From IMG/VR virus record IMGVR_UViG_2791355382_000001, positions 1 through 64,000 of that record: 64,000 bases of DNA; one strand, given 5' to 3'. A program made the position numbers and the translations under genes. Origin of the DNA: a virus (Duplodnaviria; Heunggongvirae; Uroviricota; Caudoviricetes). Shown piece after piece: positions 29,128-37,352 of the stretch. The notes beneath the pieces were generated by a model. The model had not been told where the DNA came from. It saw only the letters and a list, made by a program, of their open reading frames with translations, and did not search any database. The stretch's first letter is position 1, and each line of letters begins with the position of its first letter.

Positions 29128-29679
29128 TTAGTTTTCACTTGAATCAACCGTTAGTAGCCACTTTTGATTATCGGCAAAGCATTGCTCAATTTCAGAGTTT
29201 GTGTATTCTGCGTATTCGTATGTTCTTCTATGCCCTAATATTTCACTAAGTTCGTTTATAACAGGGTCTTTGTGAGTCCTATGGTTTATGATAACTTTGC
29301 CTAACTGCCAACTCGGCTTAGAAATCAAGGCTTGAGTGACCTTTTCTAATTCTTTTACTTGAGCTTCAGGCAAGCCTACTTTTGCTTGATAAGTCTTGAT
29401 TAGAGAAAAATGTGACAATTCAAGCACTATTTTAGGACTTGTGATGTTCCCTGGCCCATAAAATTTAAACTCCCTAATAATTTCTTCGTTGAGTACACCG
29501 TGGGGATAACTCTTAAACTCACAATCCATTAACGGTTGTTTGTGCTTATCTAAATAATATCCTTGCAAGAAAAACAGGACTTTACAAAGCTTGAGATAGC
29601 TTAGGTCTTGCTTTTGTTTTAACGCTAATTCGATAGCAAAGTTAGCTACAGCCATCGTAGTTTGAGTCTTTATTTCCAT
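29128..29679 (-). CDS. Panacea-domain (DUF4065) protein, putative antitoxin
   Basis: LSYLKLCKVLFFLQGYYLDKHKQPLMDCEFKSYPHGVLNEEI fits the Panacea/SocA-like pattern (KLQKLLYFAQ...GxPLF...WxxGPV). Confidence 0.55.
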   Translation of the reverse strand: MEIKTQTTMAVANFAIELALKQKQDLSYLKLCKVLFFLQGYYLDKHKQPLMDCEFKSYPHGVLNEEIIREFKFYGPGNITSPKIVLELSHFSLIKTYQAKVGLPEAQVKELEKVTQALISKPSWQLGKVIINHRTHKDPVINELSEILGHRRTYEYAEYTNSEIEQCFADNQKWLLTVDSSEN

Positions 29680-29687
29680 AAAACCAC

Positions 29688-29882
29688 CTACTTTGCTAAA
29701 TAGTCTTTTACGCTGTCACTAGCAGCTTGGTCTAACTTACGTCTGTGATATAGTCGATTACCCATGCACCAAGGACAAGTTCCATGGTTACGGCAAGTTT
29801 GGTCTACAGCTTTTGAGCCGTAATAAGGTTTGCGATGTTCTTTTCCATGTTTGATTGCTTTTTCTAGTCCCATATAAATCAC
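29688..29882 (-). CDS. small CxxC protein (64 aa)
   Basis: CRNHGTCPWC; in the operon just upstream of the Panacea-domain gene. Confidence 0.35.
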   Translation of the reverse strand: MIYMGLEKAIKHGKEHRKPYYGSKAVDQTCRNHGTCPWCMGNRLYHRRKLDQAASDSVKDYLAK

Positions 29883-29902
29883 CTCTTTTTGGCAACACTA
29901 AC

Positions 29903-30970
29903 CTAAGCCACAGCGTATTGTGGTTTAGTTCCAAAACTAGTTAAGCTATTGACTTCAATCAGTTCATCTTGAGCTAATTCAAAGTTGTCAGACAAGTATG
30001 TCTTAATGCTATTAGCGATGTTGTTACGAATGTAAGAATACATAAAGCTTTCAGTGTTTCTAACCTTTTCTTGACCTTTGTAAATAATTTCAGTCATTCT
30101 AATTAATGCAGACTCTAAACCTTTGATTAACAAACTGTTAGTTTCAAATCTTGTAGCTTCTTGACTTGCAGGATTGTATAACCAATTAGAACTAGATAAT
30201 AACTTATTAGTCACTTGGCTTTTAGCTTTAAAGATAGTGTTAACAATAAACTTAGCTTGCTTGTAATCACCTTGAGCTAAAACTTCAACTCTACCCCATA
30301 CAGCAGGAGTTAAAACGTTAGATATTCTGTTTTTCAAAGCTAACATAGCTGTTTTATTAACGTTGTAGTCTACCTTTGAGTCGATAGAAGAAGGAGATGG
30401 TTGATTACTAATTTTTTGTAAGTTAGGATTTGATTCATATGTTTCATTTGTATTATTATATATATCTCTCTTAGAGTCTTTCTCACTTATAGGATTATTT
30501 TTCATGCCTGTAGCTGAATTATCTTCACTCACGTACTGGCCAATTATTCTAACAAGGTCTTCATTAACGTTATTACTATCGTTGATACTATTACTTTTAT
30601 CAGTACTTTTAACCTTTTTTTGAACGCTTGCTTGTGGTTCATGCACATAGATTTTGTAATGCTTTAAGCCAAGTCTTTTTACACTGATTAAGCCATGGTT
30701 AACTAACTCTTTACGTAACTTAGATACAGTTCTGCTAGTTGTACGTACTTTTTCAGCTGCTTCTTCATTAGTGAAGATAATGTATGGATTACCTTTTTCA
30801 TCAACAAAATCTTTATTTCCATTTTTAGCGCTATTAATAGAGCAAGTTAAACGTCTTGCATAAAGTGAATATAACAAGATTGATAGACCGCTTAAGTCTT
30901 TGTATTTTTCATCTTCAATTAATGTATCTGATACTTTTGTAAATGTTCCTTCAACGTTAGTTTTAGTCAT
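29903..30970 (-). CDS. RepA_N-family replication initiator
   Basis: N-terminal LSILLYSLYARRLTCSINSAKNGNKDFVDEKGNPYIIFTNEEAAEKVRTTSRTVSKLRKELVNHGLI matches the firmicute plasmid RepA_N winged-helix pattern (LSAKNGW.DE.G.VYIIFT.EE...). Confidence 0.7.
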   Translation of the reverse strand: MTKTNVEGTFTKVSDTLIEDEKYKDLSGLSILLYSLYARRLTCSINSAKNGNKDFVDEKGNPYIIFTNEEAAEKVRTTSRTVSKLRKELVNHGLISVKRLGLKHYKIYVHEPQASVQKKVKSTDKSNSINDSNNVNEDLVRIIGQYVSEDNSATGMKNNPISEKDSKRDIYNNTNETYESNPNLQKISNQPSPSSIDSKVDYNVNKTAMLALKNRISNVLTPAVWGRVEVLAQGDYKQAKFIVNTIFKAKSQVTNKLLSSSNWLYNPASQEATRFETNSLLIKGLESALIRMTEIIYKGQEKVRNTESFMYSYIRNNIANSIKTYLSDNFELAQDELIEVNSLTSFGTKPQYAVA

Positions 30971-30985
30971 ATTAAAACTTCCTTT

Positions 30986-31258
30986 CTAGTATTCGTCATC
31001 GTCTTCTTCATCATCTTCATCAAACAAGTCATGAATGCCTAAATTATCAAGTAACAAACTTGCGATTAAGATTTTTACTTCTTCGTGTAATGGCTCAAAC
31101 AAAGATGTGATAACCCTAATAGTTGTTTCAGGGCTTAGTTGACCTTCCATCATAGTTCTTTCGCCTTTTCTAAGTACCATTAAAGTTTCTTCGTAGCCTG
31201 CGTCTTGGAGTAATTTAGTAGTTTCATCAGCAATTTTTTTAATTTCGCTTGAACTCAT
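30986..31258 (-). CDS. hypothetical acidic protein (90 aa)
   Basis: ORF with a poly-D/E C-terminus. Confidence 0.35.
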   Translation of the reverse strand: MSSSEIKKIADETTKLLQDAGYEETLMVLRKGERTMMEGQLSPETTIRVITSLFEPLHEEVKILIASLLLDNLGIHDLFDEDDEEDDDEY

Positions 31259-31274
31259 GTATAAACCTTCCTTC

Positions 31275-32030
31275 TTAATCTATGTTTTCTTGGTAAGAAT
31301 CGTATTTCCAAATGTAAGTCCAACGATCGTCTACCCATTCTCGTTCACGTAGAATCGTACCTTGGTTGTCTAGCATTGTGTACTTCCAATGTAAACCATC
31401 GTTTTCTCTCCAAACAAACGCTAACCAGATAATGTCTTGCTTGTTGGACATACGTAAGATATAAGTTTCAAACGTGTTCATTGGTGTACGGTTTAGCCAA
31501 CTGTCAAAATCAATAAGTAAACCCTTGTGCCTTTCAATGCCTGTAATCTGCGATGAAATTAAGTGTGTTCTATCAACGTGATTAGGGCTTAGGCTACCTG
31601 GAATCTTAGAGTTAGGATTTTCTGAATTTAAGTCAGCTACAATGTAGGACTCATGCTTAACTCTTTGGCTTTTAGTAGCGCTTTTTTCAATTGCAGGAAA
31701 ATGACCCCTAGCATTTTTACCATTCCTTTTTCGCCAAGCTTCTCTAAACTTTTCTTCACTGTCGATACCGTTAGCAATCAAGTCTAAATAATCTCGGTTA
31801 TAAGCAAAGCCTGTGTTTTGTTTTACGTACACACAAGCTACGTGATGCGTTGGTGTATGCTGCCACAAAACCGTGTTAGGATCTACTTGATTGATGTATT
31901 TTAAAGCCTTAGATAAGCTAAAAATATTGGCACTGGTTACTTCATATACGTCAGTGCCACCGTTATTAACATTGTTTAAAATTGCGTTGAATTTTTTGAT
32001 TGCATAATCTCGAGTAATGATTTTGCTCAC
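31275..32030 (-). CDS. DNA/RNA non-specific endonuclease (NucA/EndA-like, DRGH-type)
   Basis: HVDRTHLISSQITG resembles the DRGH active-site motif. 251 aa. Located immediately downstream (minus strand) of array 5 and element F. Confidence 0.5.
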   Translation of the reverse strand: MSKIITRDYAIKKFNAILNNVNNGGTDVYEVTSANIFSLSKALKYINQVDPNTVLWQHTPTHHVACVYVKQNTGFAYNRDYLDLIANGIDSEEKFREAWRKRNGKNARGHFPAIEKSATKSQRVKHESYIVADLNSENPNSKIPGSLSPNHVDRTHLISSQITGIERHKGLLIDFDSWLNRTPMNTFETYILRMSNKQDIIWLAFVWRENDGLHWKYTMLDNQGTILREREWVDDRWTYIWKYDSYQENID

Positions 32031-32058
32031 TTCCTTATCTAAGCTATCTATAATTACA

Positions 32059-32191
32059 GTCTAAGGCTTATGCCAGTTTAATTCTCTTTCAATCCTAGTC
32101 TTAGCACTTATGCCGTTCTAACTAGATTCAGAACTTTTTGAAAATAGATATTTTAGTCTTCAACCTACGTCATTTCAGCTAGGCTCAGAAC
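32059..32191. CRISPR. CRISPR-type array 5 (degenerate: about 3 decayed repeats, 1 short spacer)
   Basis: Repeat-like copies at 32059-32094, 32098-32134 and 32157-32191 with strong divergence. It abuts element F at 32192. Confidence 0.55.
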
Positions 32192-32318
32192 CTATATTAA
32201 ATTGTGACATAAGCTTCCTGGGAACTCTTTAGACTTACATAATTGCTAACTAACTAATGCAAGTTGCGATTATGCAGAGGTTAGAGATGTTTACCAAGCT
32301 GTCAAGAACAAGCGTCCT
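32192..32318 (-). ncRNA. conserved array-adjacent element, copy F (array-proximal part shortened)
   Basis: Sequence conservation; ends ...CCAAGCTGTCAAGAACAAGCGTCCT. Confidence 0.55.
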
Positions 32319-32322
32319 TCAA

Positions 32323-32383
32323 TAGCGATGACAGGAGTCGAACCTGTATCTCATGCCTTGCTCTACCGTTAAGCTACATCGCT
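32323..32383 (-). ncRNA. tRNA-like minihelix lacking the anticodon arm (copy F)
   Basis: Minus-strand read: AGCGATG-TA-GCTT-AACGGTA-GAGC-[14 nt]-ACAGG-TTCGACT-CCTGT-CATCGCT-A. Confidence 0.6.
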
Positions 32384-32394
32384 ACACACACACT

Positions 32395-33125
32395 TTTTAT
32401 TAAGGGAGGAAAAAGTGTTGTACATATACATTCCGATTAGTTGGTTCGCCCTTGCGTTGGCAAAGGCTATTGGCACTGGTAGAATCGAACTACCACAAAA
32501 GCAACCATGCGTGCCAACCTTAAAAAAATAAAAAAGGAAAGATATTTTTGTTGCCCCACTAGGGTTATTTTAGCCCTTGTTTTACCAAGGAAATTAGCAC
32601 CAGTGGAGTCGAACCACTGTAAAAGCAACCGTACGTGCCAACCAAATCATAAATATTAAATCAAGGAGTTATGTTAGTTAGGATAATTATTACTATCCTA
32701 AAGAGAAAAAGTTTTGAGTTTGTAGCTTAATGCTACAATTGGCACTAACAGAATCGAACTGTTACAAGACAACCATGCGTGCCAGCCGATAAGTAACTTT
32801 TAAAAAAGGAGTAATATACAACCATTTTAGGGTTTATTCAAGCCCTATTGGTGTTAGCGGAATCGAACCACTATACAGCAACCATGCACACCAACCAATA
32901 TCTTAAGAGTTTATATAATAAGGCATTTGAGCCTAAAATAAGAGGAAATAGTTTTAGGGTTGTTATACCCTATTGGTAGCCAAGGAATCGAACCTTGATA
33001 CAACCACTCTACCAACTTATAAGTAATAGTTTTAGTGCAAGTGCGTTGCCACTACGAAGCTTAGGTAGCGGCAATAAGCATAGCTAGAATCGAACTAGCT
33101 TTTATTCCAAAATGCTTGTTAGATA
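32395..33125 (-). repeat. tandem array of six degenerate 100-130-bp units, each with a tRNA-like T-arm/acceptor minihelix (GAATCGAAC on plus strand = GTTCGATTC T-loop on minus strand)
   Basis: Minihelices end at about 32517, 32645, 32770, 32895, 33018 and 33118. Each is preceded on the plus strand by an AT-rich stretch with AAGGAG-like motifs and a TAGGGTT...AACCCTA hairpin. Confidence 0.55.
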
Positions 33126-33138
33126 AACCTGTGATAAT

Positions 33139-33374
33139 GTCTTATCTTATGCTAGTTTCAATTAGGTTCAGAACCTTTACAGTTAATAATGAATACAGTA
33201 GTAGGTGTCTTCAATCTATGTCAATTCAACTAGGTTCAGAACATGTGATGGATATGTTAATCAATGGTTGTCGTCTTGCATCTATACCATGTCAGATAGG
33301 TTCAGAACTATGGTCAAGATTATATAAAATCTAGGCATGTCTTCAACCTACGTCAATTCAATTAGGATCAGAAC
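33139..33374. CRISPR. CRISPR-type array 6 (4 repeats with drift, 3 spacers of 30-32 nt)
   Basis: Repeats at 33139-33174, 33207-33242, 33273-33308 and 33339-33374. Spacers are unique. Confidence 0.75.
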
Positions 33375-33500
33375 CTATATTTAATTGTGACATAAGCTTC
33401 TTGGGAACTTTCCATGCTTGCAATGTTTTACCGTTAGATTAACCAACGTTACACCGTAGAGGCTAGAAATATTTACCAAGTTGTCAAGAACAAGCGTCCT
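33375..33500 (-). ncRNA. conserved array-adjacent element, copy G
   Basis: Sequence conservation. A tRNA-like minihelix follows at 33505-33558. Confidence 0.55.
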
Positions 33501-33504
33501 CCAA

Positions 33505-34040
33505 TTAGCACTAACGGAATTGAACCGTTATTACAGCAACCATGCGTGCCAACTCAATAATTACTATAGAAAGGTTTTACTATGGCAAAACACTAGCATT
33601 ACCATCTTTTAGGGTTTATCCAACCCTATTGGCACTAGCGGAGCCGAACCGCTATGAAAGTAACCGTACGTGCCAGCCGTAAGTCGAATCGAATATATAA
33701 AGGAGTAAAGAGATGCGAGTGTTCGCAATCTTTTAGGGTCTGTTTCAACCCTATTGGCAGCCAAGGACTTGAACCTTGATGCAACCATTCTGCCAACCAA
33801 TTTAATTAATTCAATAAAATAAAGGAGAATAGGGTCTATGGCAACCCTATTGGCACTAACGGAATCGAACCGTTATTATAGCAACCATGCGTGCCACACC
33901 CAGTTAGTAAGTAAAGTAACATATAAAACGAAAGGAGCGATGCAAACAATGTTTGCAACCTTGAGCCAAGCTTTAGCTTAGCTCTATTAGCAGTTAGAGA
34001 ATCGAACCCTAACAAAGCAACCATGCCTGCTATAAGATGG
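33505..34040 (-). repeat. second tandem array of five tRNA-like minihelix units (100-130-bp period)
   Basis: GAATTGAACC / GAGCCGAACC / GACTTGAACC / GAATCGAACC / GAATCGAACC cores, each closed by a GGCAC...GTGCC-type stem and preceded by an AACCCTATTGGC hairpin. The ORF-track calls here (33609..33800, 33836..34075) are translation artefacts of the repeat. Confidence 0.55.
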
Positions 34041-35102
34041 CTAGAATGGTAAGTCATCGTTACTGATAAAATCATCTTTTGGTTTATTGTCAGTATAGTT
34101 ATCTAAAAAGCTTGAATAATCTTCTTTTTTTGTTTCATTTTCTGTAGCTGTAGAATTAGTATCAACTACTGGTTGATCGTTTAGAACTGATACAATCTTG
34201 CTCCAGTCTTCTGGTTGACCTAAGAATTTAGTTAATGTTTTGTTATCAACTACTCCTAAATTGCCTAATCTTTTAATTGTATTTGCTTTTACCACATTAT
34301 GAGCAAGTAGTTTAGCTAACATTTGATCGTTTTCTTCAATTTCATTTTTATAATCAGCAATCAAATCAAGAATTTTCTTAGCTTTAACATTCATTCTCTC
34401 TTTTTTTTCTTCTGATAATTCTTTCAATGAAAATTTAGGAATAAAAGATCCACCGTTGGAATTAGGTGCAAAGTATTGTTCATCACTGTTTGAAGTAAAT
34501 TCTTCAACCTTTAATAACTTACCTTTAATAAGTTCAGGTGCATTTCTAAAATCAAGATGTAATTGATTTAATAATCCAAAATACTTTTTGGGTGTAAGTT
34601 CTAAATAAGCTAAAACAATATTATTATTGACTTTAGAAAAACTGGCTAAGTCTTCGTCTGTATTAATTAGTTTGTTATCTTTTTTAGTTAACAAACCAAA
34701 AATTCTACGTCGTTCTTTAACCTCTTCATTAGGGAAATTTTCCTTAAAGTTGTTACTACCACCTGGGTAAATACCTAAACTAGAACTTGTGCGTCCTTGA
34801 GCAGTATCTTTGTAGCGGTATAAATCATATACACCTAGCAAAGATGGATTTGAAGAAATTCCTTTATCGCTTTTAGCAACTTTAGTCATAAATAATGGAA
34901 TAAATTCATACGATTTAGCTTGAAGCATTTGTCCACGTTCTTTGTTATTTTCAGGAAATTGGATAGTTAACATACCTGATTGCCCATTATGGCGAAGATT
35001 TAAAATATCTACACCATTAGGTCTTAAAGGCACTCCTGTTCGTGTTCCTTCATCTACATTTACCATTAAAGAGTCTAGTGTGTTCATAATAAAGTCCTCC
35101 AA
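34041..35102 (-). CDS. hypothetical protein (353 aa)
   Basis: Long ORF with an RBS. A roughly 450-bp AT-rich regulatory region lies upstream. No motif recognised. Confidence 0.45.
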   Translation of the reverse strand: MEDFIMNTLDSLMVNVDEGTRTGVPLRPNGVDILNLRHNGQSGMLTIQFPENNKERGQMLQAKSYEFIPLFMTKVAKSDKGISSNPSLLGVYDLYRYKDTAQGRTSSSLGIYPGGSNNFKENFPNEEVKERRRIFGLLTKKDNKLINTDEDLASFSKVNNNIVLAYLELTPKKYFGLLNQLHLDFRNAPELIKGKLLKVEEFTSNSDEQYFAPNSNGGSFIPKFSLKELSEEKKERMNVKAKKILDLIADYKNEIEENDQMLAKLLAHNVVKANTIKRLGNLGVVDNKTLTKFLGQPEDWSKIVSVLNDQPVVDTNSTATENETKKEDYSSFLDNYTDNKPKDDFISNDDLPF

Positions 35103-35560
35103 ATTTTATATTAAATTGTTTAAAAAGTTTTTGTAGGTTTGAAATAAAGTGATTTAAATTGCAATTCTATAATAACACATTTCCTTATCTACGGTTATAA
35201 TAATACACCTATTTTTTATTAAAAGCAATACTTTTAATGAACTTTTTTAAAACAAATTAGTATACTTTTTATGCAATGAAAATTCTCTTCCTATATAAAA
35301 GTTAACAAAAAGTTCTTATTTTTATTAACTCTAAAATGAATTAAAAAGCCTATATCCTTGCTATTGTTGAGTTTTTATTGTAATTTAATTGCATTAAAAT
35401 TATGGTTTATCCTAACTATGATATTTTTTGTGAACTTTTATTATTTACAAATGTATATAAAAATGTTAGTATTACAGTATGAAATTATTTGAAACACATC
35501 TTAAGACTAAAAGCAATAGAAGAGTGTGTTTAATTTTTAATAAAGGAAGGTATCATAAAT

Positions 35561-36667
35561 ATGACTCAAAAGAAAAATCAACCAACAAACTTTTTCGCAT
35601 TAGATATTGGCAATAAACAAAGTAAACTTAAGAATAGTAAGGACAGTTATGTATTTCCTTCATCTTTAATTAACCAAAGAGATGTTGCATCAGTTTTCTC
35701 AACATCTAAGCCAGACGGTGTAATCGACTTGTCTTTAAATGGTGATACACAAAAGTATTACTGGGGAGCAGGCATCTTGAACTACTCTCAAGACAAAATT
35801 CAAGACTCACTTGGTTTTGAAGGTAGATACCAACGCAACATCTACCGTTTATTGAACGAGTTTGCTTTAGCATTTCTAGCTAAGGATTATATTGAAAGTG
35901 AACTAACAGCTGTATCAGTTATCGCTGGTGTTCCTACTGGTGATTACAACAAAGAAACTGTAGATGAAATCAAGAGTATTTTCTTAGAAAAAGACGGACA
36001 AGACTTTAAGCCACGTAGACACTTAGTTACAGTTGATGGTAAAGAAGTAATTGTACGTGTAGTTCAAGTCTTGGTAGTGCCACAGCCAATTGGAACATTC
36101 TATGACGTTGTGTTAAACGATGAATTAAAACCTAATAGTAACAACGTAGCCTTAAACCGTGTTGGTATCATTGATGTAGGCGGTGGAACATTGTTATTAG
36201 ACCAAATAATCAACGCTAACTTAGACCGTCAAGCACGTTTACAACTACCAACTGGAGCAGATACTTTATACAACTCAGTTAAATCTTTAATCGAGCTTGA
36301 ATTAGGCATCAGCCCAGACGTGCATAAAATTGAAGCTATGGTAAGAGATGGCTTGGAACGTGGCTTTGACAATGCTAAGTTTGTCTATAAGCAATCAGCT
36401 AATAACATCTTTGATATTACCGAGTTAGTTTTAGGTGAAATTGACCACTATACTTCAAACGTAATTGATAAGGTTTATGGAGCGTTTAAAAACATCGCTG
36501 AAATTGACACTTTGTTAGTTACTGGTGGCACATCTAACATCTTAAATCACGATATGTTTGAAAAAGCTTTTGCTAAACAAGCTGCAGTAGTGTTTGTTGA
36601 CAACGCTGAATACGCTAATGTTAACGGTTTTTTGAAGTATGACAAATACCTTAATAGTAATATGTAG
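35561..36667 (+). CDS. parM: actin-like plasmid segregation ATPase (ParM/Alp family)
   Basis: Actin-fold phosphate-1 ALDIGNKQSKL and phosphate-2 GIIDVGGGTLLLDQI; adenosine motif LLVTGGTSN. Confidence 0.7.
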   Translation: MTQKKNQPTNFFALDIGNKQSKLKNSKDSYVFPSSLINQRDVASVFSTSKPDGVIDLSLNGDTQKYYWGAGILNYSQDKIQDSLGFEGRYQRNIYRLLNEFALAFLAKDYIESELTAVSVIAGVPTGDYNKETVDEIKSIFLEKDGQDFKPRRHLVTVDGKEVIVRVVQVLVVPQPIGTFYDVVLNDELKPNSNNVALNRVGIIDVGGGTLLLDQIINANLDRQARLQLPTGADTLYNSVKSLIELELGISPDVHKIEAMVRDGLERGFDNAKFVYKQSANNIFDITELVLGEIDHYTSNVIDKVYGAFKNIAEIDTLLVTGGTSNILNHDMFEKAFAKQAAVVFVDNAEYANVNGFLKYDKYLNSNM

Positions 36668-36765
36668 CATAATAGCTTAAGCTACTAAGATACTAATGTT
36701 AGAATATACGAATATACTAAGGCATAAGTAAACAAATAGCTTTATGTTTTAGCAAACGAAAGGGT

Positions 36766-37206
36766 GTGAGGTGCTTGCCTGAGAAAAGAAAAGTTGGTCG
36801 TCCAGCTAAGAAAAACAAAAAGACTAAGCGTTTAGTAACTTTGATTGATCCGATCGAAGACGCTGATATTGTTGCTTTGTTGATTAAAGAAAAGAACAGA
36901 GGCGAAAACACATCTAATATCGTGCGTAGAGCCTTACGCTTTTACGCACATCAAGAGTTCTTAAATCAACATGAATACTTTGTTGAAAGACAAGCTAATT
37001 TAAACAATAATATGATTGCTAAAGATATAAGTGGATATAGCAATATAGATACTAGTGAACAGGAACATAAATCTACTAGTGAATTTGTAGCTAAAGATAC
37101 AAGTAGCACAAACAACAAAACAAAGCCTAAAATTACTAAAATTAAAGCAGAAAACAACGATGATAATGTCTTGGATATATTAAACCAAGGATTCAAGCCA
37201 CTCTAA
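36766..37206 (+). CDS. ribbon-helix-helix DNA-binding protein (ParR-like adaptor)
   Basis: Basic N-terminus, then the RHH-like segment NTSNIVRRALRFYAHQE. Immediately downstream of the parM-like gene, with iteron-like repeats on both flanks. Confidence 0.5.
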   Translation: MRCLPEKRKVGRPAKKNKKTKRLVTLIDPIEDADIVALLIKEKNRGENTSNIVRRALRFYAHQEFLNQHEYFVERQANLNNNMIAKDISGYSNIDTSEQEHKSTSEFVAKDTSSTNNKTKPKITKIKAENNDDNVLDILNQGFKPL

Positions 37207-37352
37207 CGTTTTCTTCTACGTTGCCACTGGTAGTCAATGCTACTGGTGGCTTTGTTAGTTTAGATATAAGTAAATTTGTAGCTTAGTATCTTAGTTAATA
37301 AATATCTTAAGTTATACGTGGCAAAAACATGTAAACAAAAGGAAGTGATAAT

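Noticed and set aside
21329-33500. Reading the conserved 140-nt element as a type II tracrRNA serving Cas9 or IscB
   Set aside because: No cas9 in the window. IscB uses an omegaRNA encoded immediately 5' of iscB, not array-linked repeats. I found no convincing anti-repeat complementary to the 36-nt repeat inside the element. The element occurs at every array rather than once.
22511-34040. Interpreting the tRNA-like elements as genuine tRNA genes (a tRNA gene cluster)
   Set aside because: Where acceptor, D- and T-arms are clear, the segment between D- and T-arms is only 13-14 nt, so there is no anticodon stem-loop. Most other copies are bare acceptor/T-arm minihelices. None can decode.
33609-34075. 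ORFs 33609..33800 and 33836..34075 (both ending ...GS.PLVPIGL.KP)
   Set aside because: The shared C-terminal peptide comes from the tandem tRNA-like repeat unit. No start context. Treated as non-coding repeat.
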